The notes under the pieces are model-generated. The model was given only the letters and a program-made list of their open reading frames with translations. It searched no databases and was not told where the DNA came from. Both the position numbers and the translations under genes were made by a program. Source: Candidatus Delongbacteria bacterium (GTDB lineage Bacteria; UBA4055). Taken from it: a stretch of 42,517 bases of DNA. Where the stretch lies: contig JAFGVM010000025.1 in assembly GCA_016937995.1 (NCBI GenBank), forward strand, positions 1 to 42,517, given 5' to 3'. This document shows positions 1 to 7,707 of the stretch, in pieces (position 1 is the stretch's first letter; each line of letters starts with the position of its first letter).

Positions 1-465
1 AAACCTAGAGGAAGGGATGATCATATTATTAATAAGGGCTCATCTATAGAGATAGTTTTTTTCGGGATTTTAATGGGGGGTTTAGCCTTTGCGAACTATG
101 GATACTTTATCAGCAGGATGGGATCTTTCGGTGAAGGTTCACGGTTACATTTCCATGCTACCACTATAAGTTATGTTACTATCGTTGCCTGTCAGTTTAT
201 CAATATTCTTTCCAGACGATATGAAACGATAACGATATTCAATATGACTCTGTTTACGAATAGAAAAATAATCTATTCGATTGTTCTTTCAATTGTGATG
301 TGTGCTGTAGTGATCTATGTGCCGGGAGTAAATACATTCCTGAAATTCGCTCCGTTAAAGGCTTACGACCTGATGACAATATTTGTTTCTGCAATGATAT
401 TCTTATTTGCACATGAAATGTTAAAGGTGTTTAAGAGGAGGAGGGTTAAATCTTCTACTTTGTAA
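1..465 (+). CDS. Cation-transporting P-type ATPase, C-terminal part (5' truncated by window)
   Basis: Frame is open from base 1 (KPRGRDDHII...), followed by hydrophobic helices with 'TISYVTIVACQFINILSRR', 'LFTNRK' and 'IYVPGVNTFLKFAPL', typical of the C-terminal domain of Ca2+/cation P-type ATPases. Confidence 0.85.
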   Translation, partial: KPRGRDDHIINKGSSIEIVFFGILMGGLAFANYGYFISRMGSFGEGSRLHFHATTISYVTIVACQFINILSRRYETITIFNMTLFTNRKIIYSIVLSIVMCAVVIYVPGVNTFLKFAPLKAYDLMTIFVSAMIFLFAHEMLKVFKRRRVKSSTL

Positions 466-499
466 TAAAATCGATACCAGATAACTATATTGTTTTCTG

Positions 500-640
500 A
501 TACTTTTGCTTGACCAAAAGTAACCATCCCGAGAATCGGGACAAGTCTGACATTAAAACTCCAGACAGTGTGGGTAGAGACGTAGTACTACTATGTCTTT
601 ACTACACACATGCCTCTTATCCCAATGAATCGGGGCAGAC
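500..640. repeat. Cluster of short palindromic REP-like elements
   Basis: TACTTTTG-cttgac-CAAAAGTA (501-522); TCCCGA-gaa-TCGGGA (527-541); GTAGAGACGTAG-tacta-CTATGTCTTTAC (574-602); degenerate CCCAATGAATCGGGG (621-635). Confidence 0.65.
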
Positions 641-749
641 CGTCGGTTTCTCAATGGGACTCTGACTTCGTTCGAGTATCGGTCGTAAAATATATGTAAG
701 AGGTGCGCAAAGCTGTTAAGCTTGTGCATTTAAGGTGTGTTTTATAAAA

Positions 750-1736
750 TCAATTATTTTTGATCACTTTCGAATAAGGTGCATTAAACAGCCCCATCTC
801 TTTCAAAACCATATGCAGATCCATTCCCCAAGCTTTCCTAGTTCTGAACCCTGAATCAGAGATTTCAACAGCTCTATAATGATAAGTATTAACATTCTGC
901 TGTATTAAAATTTTAGGTTTAGTATCAAATTCTACAATATCATTCCACTGTATCTCACCGTCCATGACAAGCATATCAAGATTATATTTCAAAGGTTCTC
1001 CTTCAATGAAAATATTCTCTTTAAAAAGTGTCAGCATAGCTATCGCAGGAGCCATATTAGAATAATCTCTCTGGATAGGTCCACCCTTATGAACATGAGT
1101 ACAGACTGTTCTATAGTTTATAAATGTAGAAATATCATCAAAACCTACTTCACCACCGGCAGCTATACCTTCCTGATATCTGAAACTGATCTTTAAAGCC
1201 TCATCAAAGAATATTGAATAGTAGCTGGTAATTTTCATTCCAGCCGGAAGACATTTAATATCAGGCTTAAGGTCTTTTCGTTGGGCAGATGCCAGAAAAT
1301 AAATATCCTTCAAATAGTTAAGTTTTTTATCCCTATATCTTTCCAGTGCTTTCGTAACAAGTTGTGTACCTAAACTGAAACCGACGATAACATACGGAAT
1401 TTTATTTTCTTCCAGTTTTGAAATTATATTAGTGTTGAAATGAGTTGTAGCACTGTCAGCCACATTTTTAGAATTTTCCCATTGTTCTATAGGATTAAGA
1501 AAATCTATTCTCTCTTTTTCCCAGCGGTATGTAAAAACATCGAAATTCAAAGCCGGATGCTCACTGAGAAATTCCAGCATTTTCTCTTTAAAAGGCTCGA
1601 CTTTACGGTATTCCGCAAAACCGTGAACATAAATAAAAACAAGATCCCTACTAAATGAAGAATCAGGTAGTTCAGAAGGGATCTGTGCGAATAGGATTTT
1701 GCTTGATATTAATATACCAATAAATAATTTAATCAT
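750..1736 (-). CDS. Secreted alpha/beta-hydrolase-fold protein (DUF726-like)
   Basis: Signal-peptide-like N-terminus; oxyanion motif 'YVHGF'; nucleophile elbow 'IVGFSLG' (GxSxG). Confidence 0.6.
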   Translation of the reverse strand: MIKLFIGILISSKILFAQIPSELPDSSFSRDLVFIYVHGFAEYRKVEPFKEKMLEFLSEHPALNFDVFTYRWEKERIDFLNPIEQWENSKNVADSATTHFNTNIISKLEENKIPYVIVGFSLGTQLVTKALERYRDKKLNYLKDIYFLASAQRKDLKPDIKCLPAGMKITSYYSIFFDEALKISFRYQEGIAAGGEVGFDDISTFINYRTVCTHVHKGGPIQRDYSNMAPAIAMLTLFKENIFIEGEPLKYNLDMLVMDGEIQWNDIVEFDTKPKILIQQNVNTYHYRAVEISDSGFRTRKAWGMDLHMVLKEMGLFNAPYSKVIKNN

Positions 1737-2065
1737 TGTATATTACTACGCTTTCTTTTTAGTCTATTGACGAGAAATATGATTATACTGGTTAGAAAGC
1801 CTAAAATAGTTAAAATATATATATCCAGTGTGTAGTGGAAATTAGTTTCCGAATATCCCATTATTTTTAGGCATTTAACTATTTCTTTGGGTTCTCCCTG
1901 ATATTCCCACCCAATTGGATCATAAAAGAATAAATCTTCTTCAGGATAAAACCAGGAATATTGTTTTGTAAATCTGTTTACCTCTATCCACTGATGTGTT
2001 GCAAACAAACTAGATTGCATAATAAATATCAGAAAAAATGTTATTAGAATTTTAAGAGATCTCAT
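1733..2065 (-). CDS. Hypothetical exported protein with a C-terminal membrane anchor
   Basis: ORF track gives 2089, but ATG 2065 yields a signal-like 'MRSLKILITFFLIFIMQSSLFA'; C-terminal TM helix followed by a basic tail; overlaps both neighbours. Confidence 0.55.
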   Translation of the reverse strand: MRSLKILITFFLIFIMQSSLFATHQWIEVNRFTKQYSWFYPEEDLFFYDPIGWEYQGEPKEIVKCLKIMGYSETNFHYTLDIYILTILGFLTSIIIFLVNRLKRKRSNIQ

Positions 2066-2450
2066 AACCAAAAATTTTTTCCGCTTCAATTAGAAATTCT
2101 TTTTCACTGAGAGATAATGCCTTCTTTTCCATCATACAAACTTCTTTTCTGTCTTCAGTGAGGATATTAGGCACGACTAGATCAGCTTCAACTTCGATCT
2201 TGTTTTCTCTGAGAAATTCTAAAGCTGATTCAGAGATAGTTCCGGTGACAAGTTTAGTAATAATTCCTCTGTGAACGATCATTTTTGCTGCTGCTAATCC
2301 AAATAACTTGTCAAATAGAATATATTTACCTGTTCGAAATTTATTTAAGCAGTTGATAAGAGGTCTGAGACCTTTTCCGGTTTCGCTGTGTACAATAGTA
2401 TCATTTTGCACCAGTGCCAGGTCATATTTTGTAAAATCAGGCTTCAGCAT
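2052..2450 (-). CDS. DUF1893 family protein
   Basis: 'GKGLRPL', 'DKLFGLAAA', 'ISESALEFL', 'VPNI...VCMMEKK' match the DUF1893 (TM1506-like) pattern GxxPL / DKxxGxAAA / CPME. Confidence 0.8.
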   Translation of the reverse strand: MLKPDFTKYDLALVQNDTIVHSETGKGLRPLINCLNKFRTGKYILFDKLFGLAAAKMIVHRGIITKLVTGTISESALEFLRENKIEVEADLVVPNILTEDRKEVCMMEKKALSLSEKEFLIEAEKIFGYEIS

Positions 2451-2912
2451 CTATAGCATCTCTTTGGTCTTCTTTGCTCCGAAAACCCAGATAAAGTCAG
2501 TAACAAGCAAACCAATTACAAGATAGGTTAAAACTTTTACAGGCATACCAATGATGAAATAGTCGATCAAAATAATTAAAGGCAGCTGAACTGCTAGAGT
2601 TTTTGCAAGTGCACTGAATTCATTTCCTTTATAGAATTTACCGAATAAAAATCCTAGAAGAGCATTAAACAGAACTATATAAGGATTACTCATTGCAATA
2701 GCTGAATAGAGCGAACCTATTCCACCGGCAAGAAGTCCACCTGTTGAACCGTACATCATAGCAGCCAGAAAGATTGCATACTGGAAAAAATGCAGTTTAA
2801 AACCGATCAAGTTAATGTTTATTAATCCAAGAACATTAGGTAATGCCATTAGAATTACCATAATTGAAATGTTCTTTGCATCAAGTTTAAGTTCGAAATT
2901 TGCTGTTTTCAT
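2451..2912 (-). CDS. ECF transporter S-component (substrate unknown)
   Basis: 153 aa with ~5-6 TM helices; 'IFLAAMMYGSTGGLLAG' fits the AxxxG..G.. S-component signature; RBS GGAG upstream. Confidence 0.7.
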   Translation of the reverse strand: MKTANFELKLDAKNISIMVILMALPNVLGLININLIGFKLHFFQYAIFLAAMMYGSTGGLLAGGIGSLYSAIAMSNPYIVLFNALLGFLFGKFYKGNEFSALAKTLAVQLPLIILIDYFIIGMPVKVLTYLVIGLLVTDFIWVFGAKKTKEML

Positions 2913-2923
2913 TTTTACTCCTG

Positions 2924-3033
2924 TGTCATTGCGAGTCCCGTAATTCGGGATGTGGCAATCTTGTTTTGTTTATACGATATGCCCATGTAGGTCGTCTTTA
3001 CTGTTTTTCTTTGTGTCTCTGTGTCTTTGTGAG
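2924..3033. repeat. REP-like palindromic elements
   Basis: TGTCATTGCGAG-[TCCCG-taatt-CGGGA]-TGTGGCAATC (2924-2960) and tandem CTTTGTGT-CTCTGTGT-CTTTGTGA (3009-3032). Confidence 0.6.
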
Positions 3034-3036
3034 AGA

Positions 3037-4185
3037 CTATTTTTCTTCCCAGTCAGGTCGTGAATCAAATTCCGCTACGACCTTTTTCAATTCTTCGGGA
3101 ATGTTTATTCCATGCGGACATCTTGGTACACATTCTCCACATTCAACACAATTTGATGCTTTCCCTCTGTCCCCGACGAACATTTTGTAGAATTTGTAAT
3201 ATTTGTCGTCATTGTATAAGAATTTGCTGTTCAGATGTTCAAAGCATGAAGGAATACTTACTCCGTAAGGGCATGGAAGGCAGTACATGCAACCGGTACA
3301 ACCAACCTGCTGTAAATTTTTATAAGTATCAGCTACTTTTTTGATAGTTGATAGATCATCTACAGTCAGTGAATTTATTTCAGCGTTATCGGCAATTCTT
3401 AGATTTTCATACAAATGTTCATCTTCGGTCATTCCGGAAAGTAGAGTAAATATCCCAGGGAAATTCCAGACCCATCTTAAAGCCCATTCAACCGGAGTCC
3501 AATCTTTTCCAGTATCTTTATATAATTTTTTCACAGATTCAGGTGGTTCAACAGCTAACTTTCCTCCTCTGAGAGGTTCCATTGCTATAACTGAGATATT
3601 CCTGTCAACTGCATAATGATAACCTTCTATACCGGCCTGATATTTTTCGTCCAGTATATTGAACTGTATCTGACAGAACTTCCAGTCGTATGCATCAATT
3701 ATCTCTTTGAAAACTTCAATATTACCGTGGAAAGAAAATCCTGCATTTTTTATTTTCCCTTCAGCTAAAAGTTTATCAAGAAATTCCAGAACACCGAAGC
3801 TTTTCATTTTATCCCAGCTGTTCCTGCTCAAAGCATGAACAAGATAATAATCTATGTAATCTGTCTGAAGTTCCTTAAGTTGCTGGTCAAAATGATCCTG
3901 CATACTATAATCTTCTTTAATGTACCATGAAGATAGTTTTGTCGCTAGAAACACCTTGTCTCTAAGGTTGTTTTCCTTAAGAAATTTTCCTACGAAAGGT
4001 TCACTTTTGCCACCATGATAAGGTTTTGCAGTATCAAGGTAATTTACTCCATTATCAATAGCGTGTTTTAGTTGCTTGGCTGCTTTTTCTTCATCGATCT
4101 GTCCGTCTTTTTGAGGGAATCTCATACATCCAAATCCGAGAATTGAAATTTCCTCTCCTGTTTTTATTATTTTTCTATATTTCAT
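3037..4185 (-). CDS. Aldo/keto reductase with C-terminal 4Fe-4S dicluster domain
   Basis: 'LGFGCMRFP', 'NYLDTAKPYH', 'LATKL', 'DYYLVH', 'MEPLRGG'; C-terminal CTGCMYCLPCP and CVECGECVPRCP. Confidence 0.92.
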   Translation of the reverse strand: MKYRKIIKTGEEISILGFGCMRFPQKDGQIDEEKAAKQLKHAIDNGVNYLDTAKPYHGGKSEPFVGKFLKENNLRDKVFLATKLSSWYIKEDYSMQDHFDQQLKELQTDYIDYYLVHALSRNSWDKMKSFGVLEFLDKLLAEGKIKNAGFSFHGNIEVFKEIIDAYDWKFCQIQFNILDEKYQAGIEGYHYAVDRNISVIAMEPLRGGKLAVEPPESVKKLYKDTGKDWTPVEWALRWVWNFPGIFTLLSGMTEDEHLYENLRIADNAEINSLTVDDLSTIKKVADTYKNLQQVGCTGCMYCLPCPYGVSIPSCFEHLNSKFLYNDDKYYKFYKMFVGDRGKASNCVECGECVPRCPHGINIPEELKKVVAEFDSRPDWEEK

Positions 4186-4198
4186 ATATGCTCCTCAT

Positions 4199-4251
4199 CG
4201 TCATCCTGAACTTGATTCAGGATCTTTTCCCCACAGGTTGAAAACCTGTGG
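4199..4251. repeat. Two adjacent perfect palindromes (REP-like; could also terminate hutI)
   Basis: CGTC-ATCCTGAA-cttga-TTCAGGAT-CT (4199-4225) and CCACAGGTT-gaa-AACCTGTGG (4231-4251). Confidence 0.7.
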
Positions 4252-4290
4252 TTATAGGTTTTATATACCGTTAGGATAATTACAATACCA

Positions 4291-5523
4291 TTAATTATTA
4301 ATAATCAATTTTCCATTCTTAATTACTTTCTTTACCAGGTTCATACCCATACTATAAGGAATTTCACTTATATTTTTTATGTCCATTATCAGAAGGTCAG
4401 CTTTTTTTCTTTTTTCAATTGATCCGATCTCATTTTCCTTACCAAGTGCTTTTGCCCCTCCTATCGTTGCTCCCCAGAGTAATTCTTCAGCTGTCATCTT
4501 TAAATATACCGCAGAAATGGTCATTATCAAAGGAAGGGACATACAATAGCAGGTTCCCGGATTAAAGTCAGTTGATAATGCGATTTTGCCACCTTTATCA
4601 ATGATCTTTCTTGCCGGTGGATAATCTGACATTCCAATAAAAAATGATGATCCGGGCATAAGATTAAATACTACATCGTTTTTTATCATTTCATCGATAG
4701 CTTTGTCAGAGATATATTCAAGATGATCGGAACTTAATGCTCCCAGTTCAGCTGCAAGTTCGCTTCCACCGTTACAGGTCAACTGATCTGCATGGATCTT
4801 TACTTTAAGGCCATTGCCCTTCGCAGCTGTTAATATTCTTCTGCCTTCTTCAACAGTATAATAGTTTTTCTCAATGAAAATATCACAAGCTTCAGCAAGT
4901 TTCTCTTTTGCAACAAACGGAATTGTCTTATTAATTAATGTATAAATATATTCTTCTCTGTTGTCTTTGAATTCCTCAGGTATGTCATGAGCTCCAAGAA
5001 AAGTTGGAACAAGATCAATATCACTTTCTTTATTTATTCTTTTGATTACTTTCAGCATTTTTATCTCATCATCATGAGTTAAACCATAGCCTGATTTGGC
5101 TTCAAGAGTAGTAGTTCCGTACTGAATAAATTCATTAATTCTTTTCAGAGAAATACTATAGAGCTCCTCTTCGGACAACTTTCTAAGTTTCCTCACACTA
5201 TTCTTTATTCCACCACCGGACTCTGCGATCTCCAGGTAAGATTTGCCAGCATTTCTCATCTCAAATTCATTATCTCTAAGTTCTGCAAAGATAGGATGAG
5301 CATGAGAATCTACAAATCCTGGTATAACAGTTTTTCCTTCAGCGTCCAATATACCATAGTTTTCCAGGCGTATTGCGTTTATCTCAATTTCATCAGCACA
5401 AATTTCTTGAATGATACCATTAGTTATAATCAAAGAGCAATTTTCCCTGATCTCAAAAATTCCTACTTTATTTTGAATAGGATTATATAGCTTGCCAATA
5501 TTTTTTATTATTATATTGTTCAT
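4291..5523 (-). CDS. hutI: Imidazolonepropionase
   Basis: 'PGFVDSHAHPIF', 'GTTTLEAKSGYGL', 'TFLGAH', 'KIHADQL', 'SSDHLE', 'ALSTDFNPGT' are diagnostic HutI motifs. Confidence 0.95.
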   Translation of the reverse strand: MNNIIIKNIGKLYNPIQNKVGIFEIRENCSLIITNGIIQEICADEIEINAIRLENYGILDAEGKTVIPGFVDSHAHPIFAELRDNEFEMRNAGKSYLEIAESGGGIKNSVRKLRKLSEEELYSISLKRINEFIQYGTTTLEAKSGYGLTHDDEIKMLKVIKRINKESDIDLVPTFLGAHDIPEEFKDNREEYIYTLINKTIPFVAKEKLAEACDIFIEKNYYTVEEGRRILTAAKGNGLKVKIHADQLTCNGGSELAAELGALSSDHLEYISDKAIDEMIKNDVVFNLMPGSSFFIGMSDYPPARKIIDKGGKIALSTDFNPGTCYCMSLPLIMTISAVYLKMTAEELLWGATIGGAKALGKENEIGSIEKRKKADLLIMDIKNISEIPYSMGMNLVKKVIKNGKLIINN

Positions 5524-5783
5524 TCGATCTCCAGTTATAACTTATTATCTTCAAAATCTATAAATAATTAACTGCTAAATCAACTATTATTTAAATGTGT
5601 AGATATGTAAAGGGTATTTGTTCCCAGTTCGTTGTTATATATAAAATTGCACATCACACTGATTTTAGTCGAAGAATTTATTACAAATAAGTTTCACTAA
5701 TTTTTAAAATATTATTCAAAATAAGATAAATATCATAATTATTGTGTTGGATTATGCTTAAAATACCTATGTGCAAAAAAAGC

Positions 5784-5812
5784 TTGACATTGAAAAATAA
5801 ATTACGTAGATT
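5784..5812 (+). promoter_or_regulatory. Sigma70-type promoter for trxA
   Basis: TTGACA (5784-5789), 17-nt spacer, TAGATT (5807-5812), about 50 nt upstream of the trxA start. Confidence 0.7.
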
Positions 5813-5863
5813 TGTATATAGCGACGAAACTAACTAACAACAAATCTACAGTGGAGAAATAAA

Positions 5864-6190
5864 ATGGCAGCACTACACGTAACAGACGAAACATTTGAGC
5901 AAGAAGTAATTAAATCCGACATTCCAGTATTAATAGACTGTTGGGCGGAATGGTGTGCACCTTGTCGAATGGTTGGTCCGACAATTGAAAAATTAGCAGA
6001 TGAATTTGCCGGAAAATTCAAAATTGCAAAACTGGATGTTGACAGTAACAGAGAAACTTCAATGAAATACAGTATTACATCGATACCGACAATGTTAATA
6101 TTTGTAAACGGTGAAGTTGTTGACGGGTTGATAGGAGCTCATCCAGAAGGAAACATTAGAGCCAAGATCGAGCAATATTTGGGGAAATAG
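5864..6190 (+). CDS. trxA: Thioredoxin
   Basis: 108 aa; WAEWCAPC active site; 'SIPT' cis-Pro loop; RBS GGAG. Confidence 0.93.
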   Translation: MAALHVTDETFEQEVIKSDIPVLIDCWAEWCAPCRMVGPTIEKLADEFAGKFKIAKLDVDSNRETSMKYSITSIPTMLIFVNGEVVDGLIGAHPEGNIRAKIEQYLGK

Positions 6191-6198
6191 GTATTATA

Positions 6199-6234
6199 GT
6201 TACAGTCAGTCAATGCTTTTGATATGGCTGTAAC
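6199..6234 (+). other. Intercistronic stem-loop between the two thioredoxin genes
   Basis: GTTACAGTCA-GTCAA-tgctt-TTGAT-a-TGGCTGTAAC; no U-tract, so it is more likely a stabiliser or processing element than a terminator. Confidence 0.5.
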
Positions 6235-6263
6235 ACATCTTAAATTTAAAATGAGAGTAGATC

Positions 6264-6695
6264 ATGTATAAACAAACAACATTGATATTATTATTCGGTT
6301 TAATTTTACCACTTATAGCTGCCAACAAGAATCTAACAATACTAAGTGATGATAATTTCAAAAAGGAAGTTTTAGAATCTGAACAGATAGTCCTTGTGGA
6401 TTTTTGGGCACCATGGTGTGGTCCCTGTAAAAAATTGGGACCTATAATTGAAGAACTGGCGAATGAAAATAATAATATAAAATTTACGAAGCTAAATGTA
6501 GATAACAGTAAAAAAGTTGCTGGTAGTTATGGAATTAGATCTATACCAACTGTAGCAATTTTTAAAGATGGAAAACCGATTGATGGATTTGTTGGTCTTA
6601 AATCAAAATCCGAGATAGAGACAATTTTAAAAAAATATTCACAAAAAGCAGAAACTAAAAGTACAGAAAAGTCTATGCCGAAAAAAAATAATTAG
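6264..6695 (+). CDS. Thioredoxin with N-terminal signal peptide
   Basis: WAPWCGPC and 'IRSIPT'; N-terminal 'MYKQTTLILLFGLILPLIAA' hydrophobic leader; Lys-rich tail. Confidence 0.88.
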   Translation: MYKQTTLILLFGLILPLIAANKNLTILSDDNFKKEVLESEQIVLVDFWAPWCGPCKKLGPIIEELANENNNIKFTKLNVDNSKKVAGSYGIRSIPTVAIFKDGKPIDGFVGLKSKSEIETILKKYSQKAETKSTEKSMPKKNN

Positions 6696-6884
6696 TATGA
6701 AATTTGTTTTTTTTAAATTTTTTGTTATATTGTTATCAGGGGGATTAGGATACGCATATTATTATTTTATTGGATGTAATACTTCAGGCTGATCGATAAC
6801 GTCTAGCCCGTGGGGTTCAATATTATATGGGTTGATGTTCGGCTATCTATTCTCTTCTTATGTTAAAGAAAACAAAAGTAACGA

Positions 6885-7337
6885 GTGAAGATGAAAGTAA
6901 TTGGAACGCAAAATGGTTATATGTCTCTGGATATAGTTCAGGATGGTTTTCATATAGTCGTTGATGCAGATAAGAAAGTTGGTGGAGAGAATAAAGGTCC
7001 TACTCCTAAAGGTTTGCTGCTTAGCGGACTTGTTGGATGTACCGGAATGGATGTGGCCTCGATTTTAAGAAAAATGAAAATAGAGTATTCTAAATTGGAA
7101 TTATCAGCAGAAACAGAATTAACGGAAGAGCATCCAAAAGTATTTAAAGAAATAACTATAACATATTATTTGGAAGGAGATACAGGTTTAGATAGGGCTA
7201 AAATTAGAAGAGCTGTAGAATTGTCTATGACCAAGTATTGTGGTGTTACTGAAATGTTAAAAAAGAATAGCGACATAAATTACTCAATCTATTTAAACGG
7301 GGAGGAAATCAATGGCAAAGAAAGTGTATCAAAATGA
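6885..7337 (+). CDS. OsmC/YhfA family protein
   Basis: 'GGENKGPTPKGLLLSGLVGCTGMDV', 'EHPKVF', 'LSMTKYCGV' with both conserved Cys. Confidence 0.9.
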   Translation: MKMKVIGTQNGYMSLDIVQDGFHIVVDADKKVGGENKGPTPKGLLLSGLVGCTGMDVASILRKMKIEYSKLELSAETELTEEHPKVFKEITITYYLEGDTGLDRAKIRRAVELSMTKYCGVTEMLKKNSDINYSIYLNGEEINGKESVSK

Positions 7338-7641
7338 TCATGTGGAAATCGCAAAAGCTTTTAAAGTTTTAGCTAATCCAAAAAGGATCAATCTTTTACT
7401 GGCTCTTAGAACTGAGTCTTGTAGAGTTGGAAATCTGCAGGAATGCATCAATGAACCATTTCCGATCATTTCTCAGCAACTTGCAATTCTGAGGAAGAAA
7501 GGTGTCGTTTCTAAGACAAAGAACAAGAAGAATGAAGCTTATTATTCAATTGATGATGAGTTCACAAACAAGCTTCTTGATCTTATTTTAAAGCATGATA
7601 AAGAGAACGAAGGTAAGAAAAAGACAAAGAAAAAGAAGTAA
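7312..7641 (+). CDS. ArsR/SmtB family transcriptional regulator
   Basis: 'AKAFKVLANPKRINLL', 'ISQQLAILRKKGVV', 'YYSI' winged-HTH pattern; RBS GGAGG. Confidence 0.85.
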   Translation: MAKKVYQNDHVEIAKAFKVLANPKRINLLLALRTESCRVGNLQECINEPFPIISQQLAILRKKGVVSKTKNKKNEAYYSIDDEFTNKLLDLILKHDKENEGKKKTKKKK

Positions 7642-7666
7642 TATTTATCTTTTTTTACCGTTATAT

Positions 7667-7707
7667 AAGGCCCGGTATTAGAGTATGTTTACCTAATAAA
7701 GGGTCTT
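7667..7707. terminator. Possible hairpin terminator between convergent ArsR and selU genes
   Basis: AAGGCCC-gg-TATTAG...CTAATA-aa-GGGTCTT followed by a T-rich run on the + strand; stem is imperfect. Confidence 0.35.

Noticed and set aside
2913-3036. Vitamin riboswitch upstream of the ECF S-component
   Set aside because: No TPP, FMN, cobalamin or preQ1 consensus was recognised; the structure present looks like REP-type repeats.
4291-5523. Isolated hutI as a sign of a novel pathway
   Set aside because: The motifs are canonical, and hut genes are often scattered; the rest of the pathway may lie outside the window.
5864-7337. Selenocysteine (UGA) recoding in the thioredoxins or OsmC, prompted by nearby selU
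   Set aside because: All active-site positions are ordinary Cys codons; no in-frame TGA was seen.
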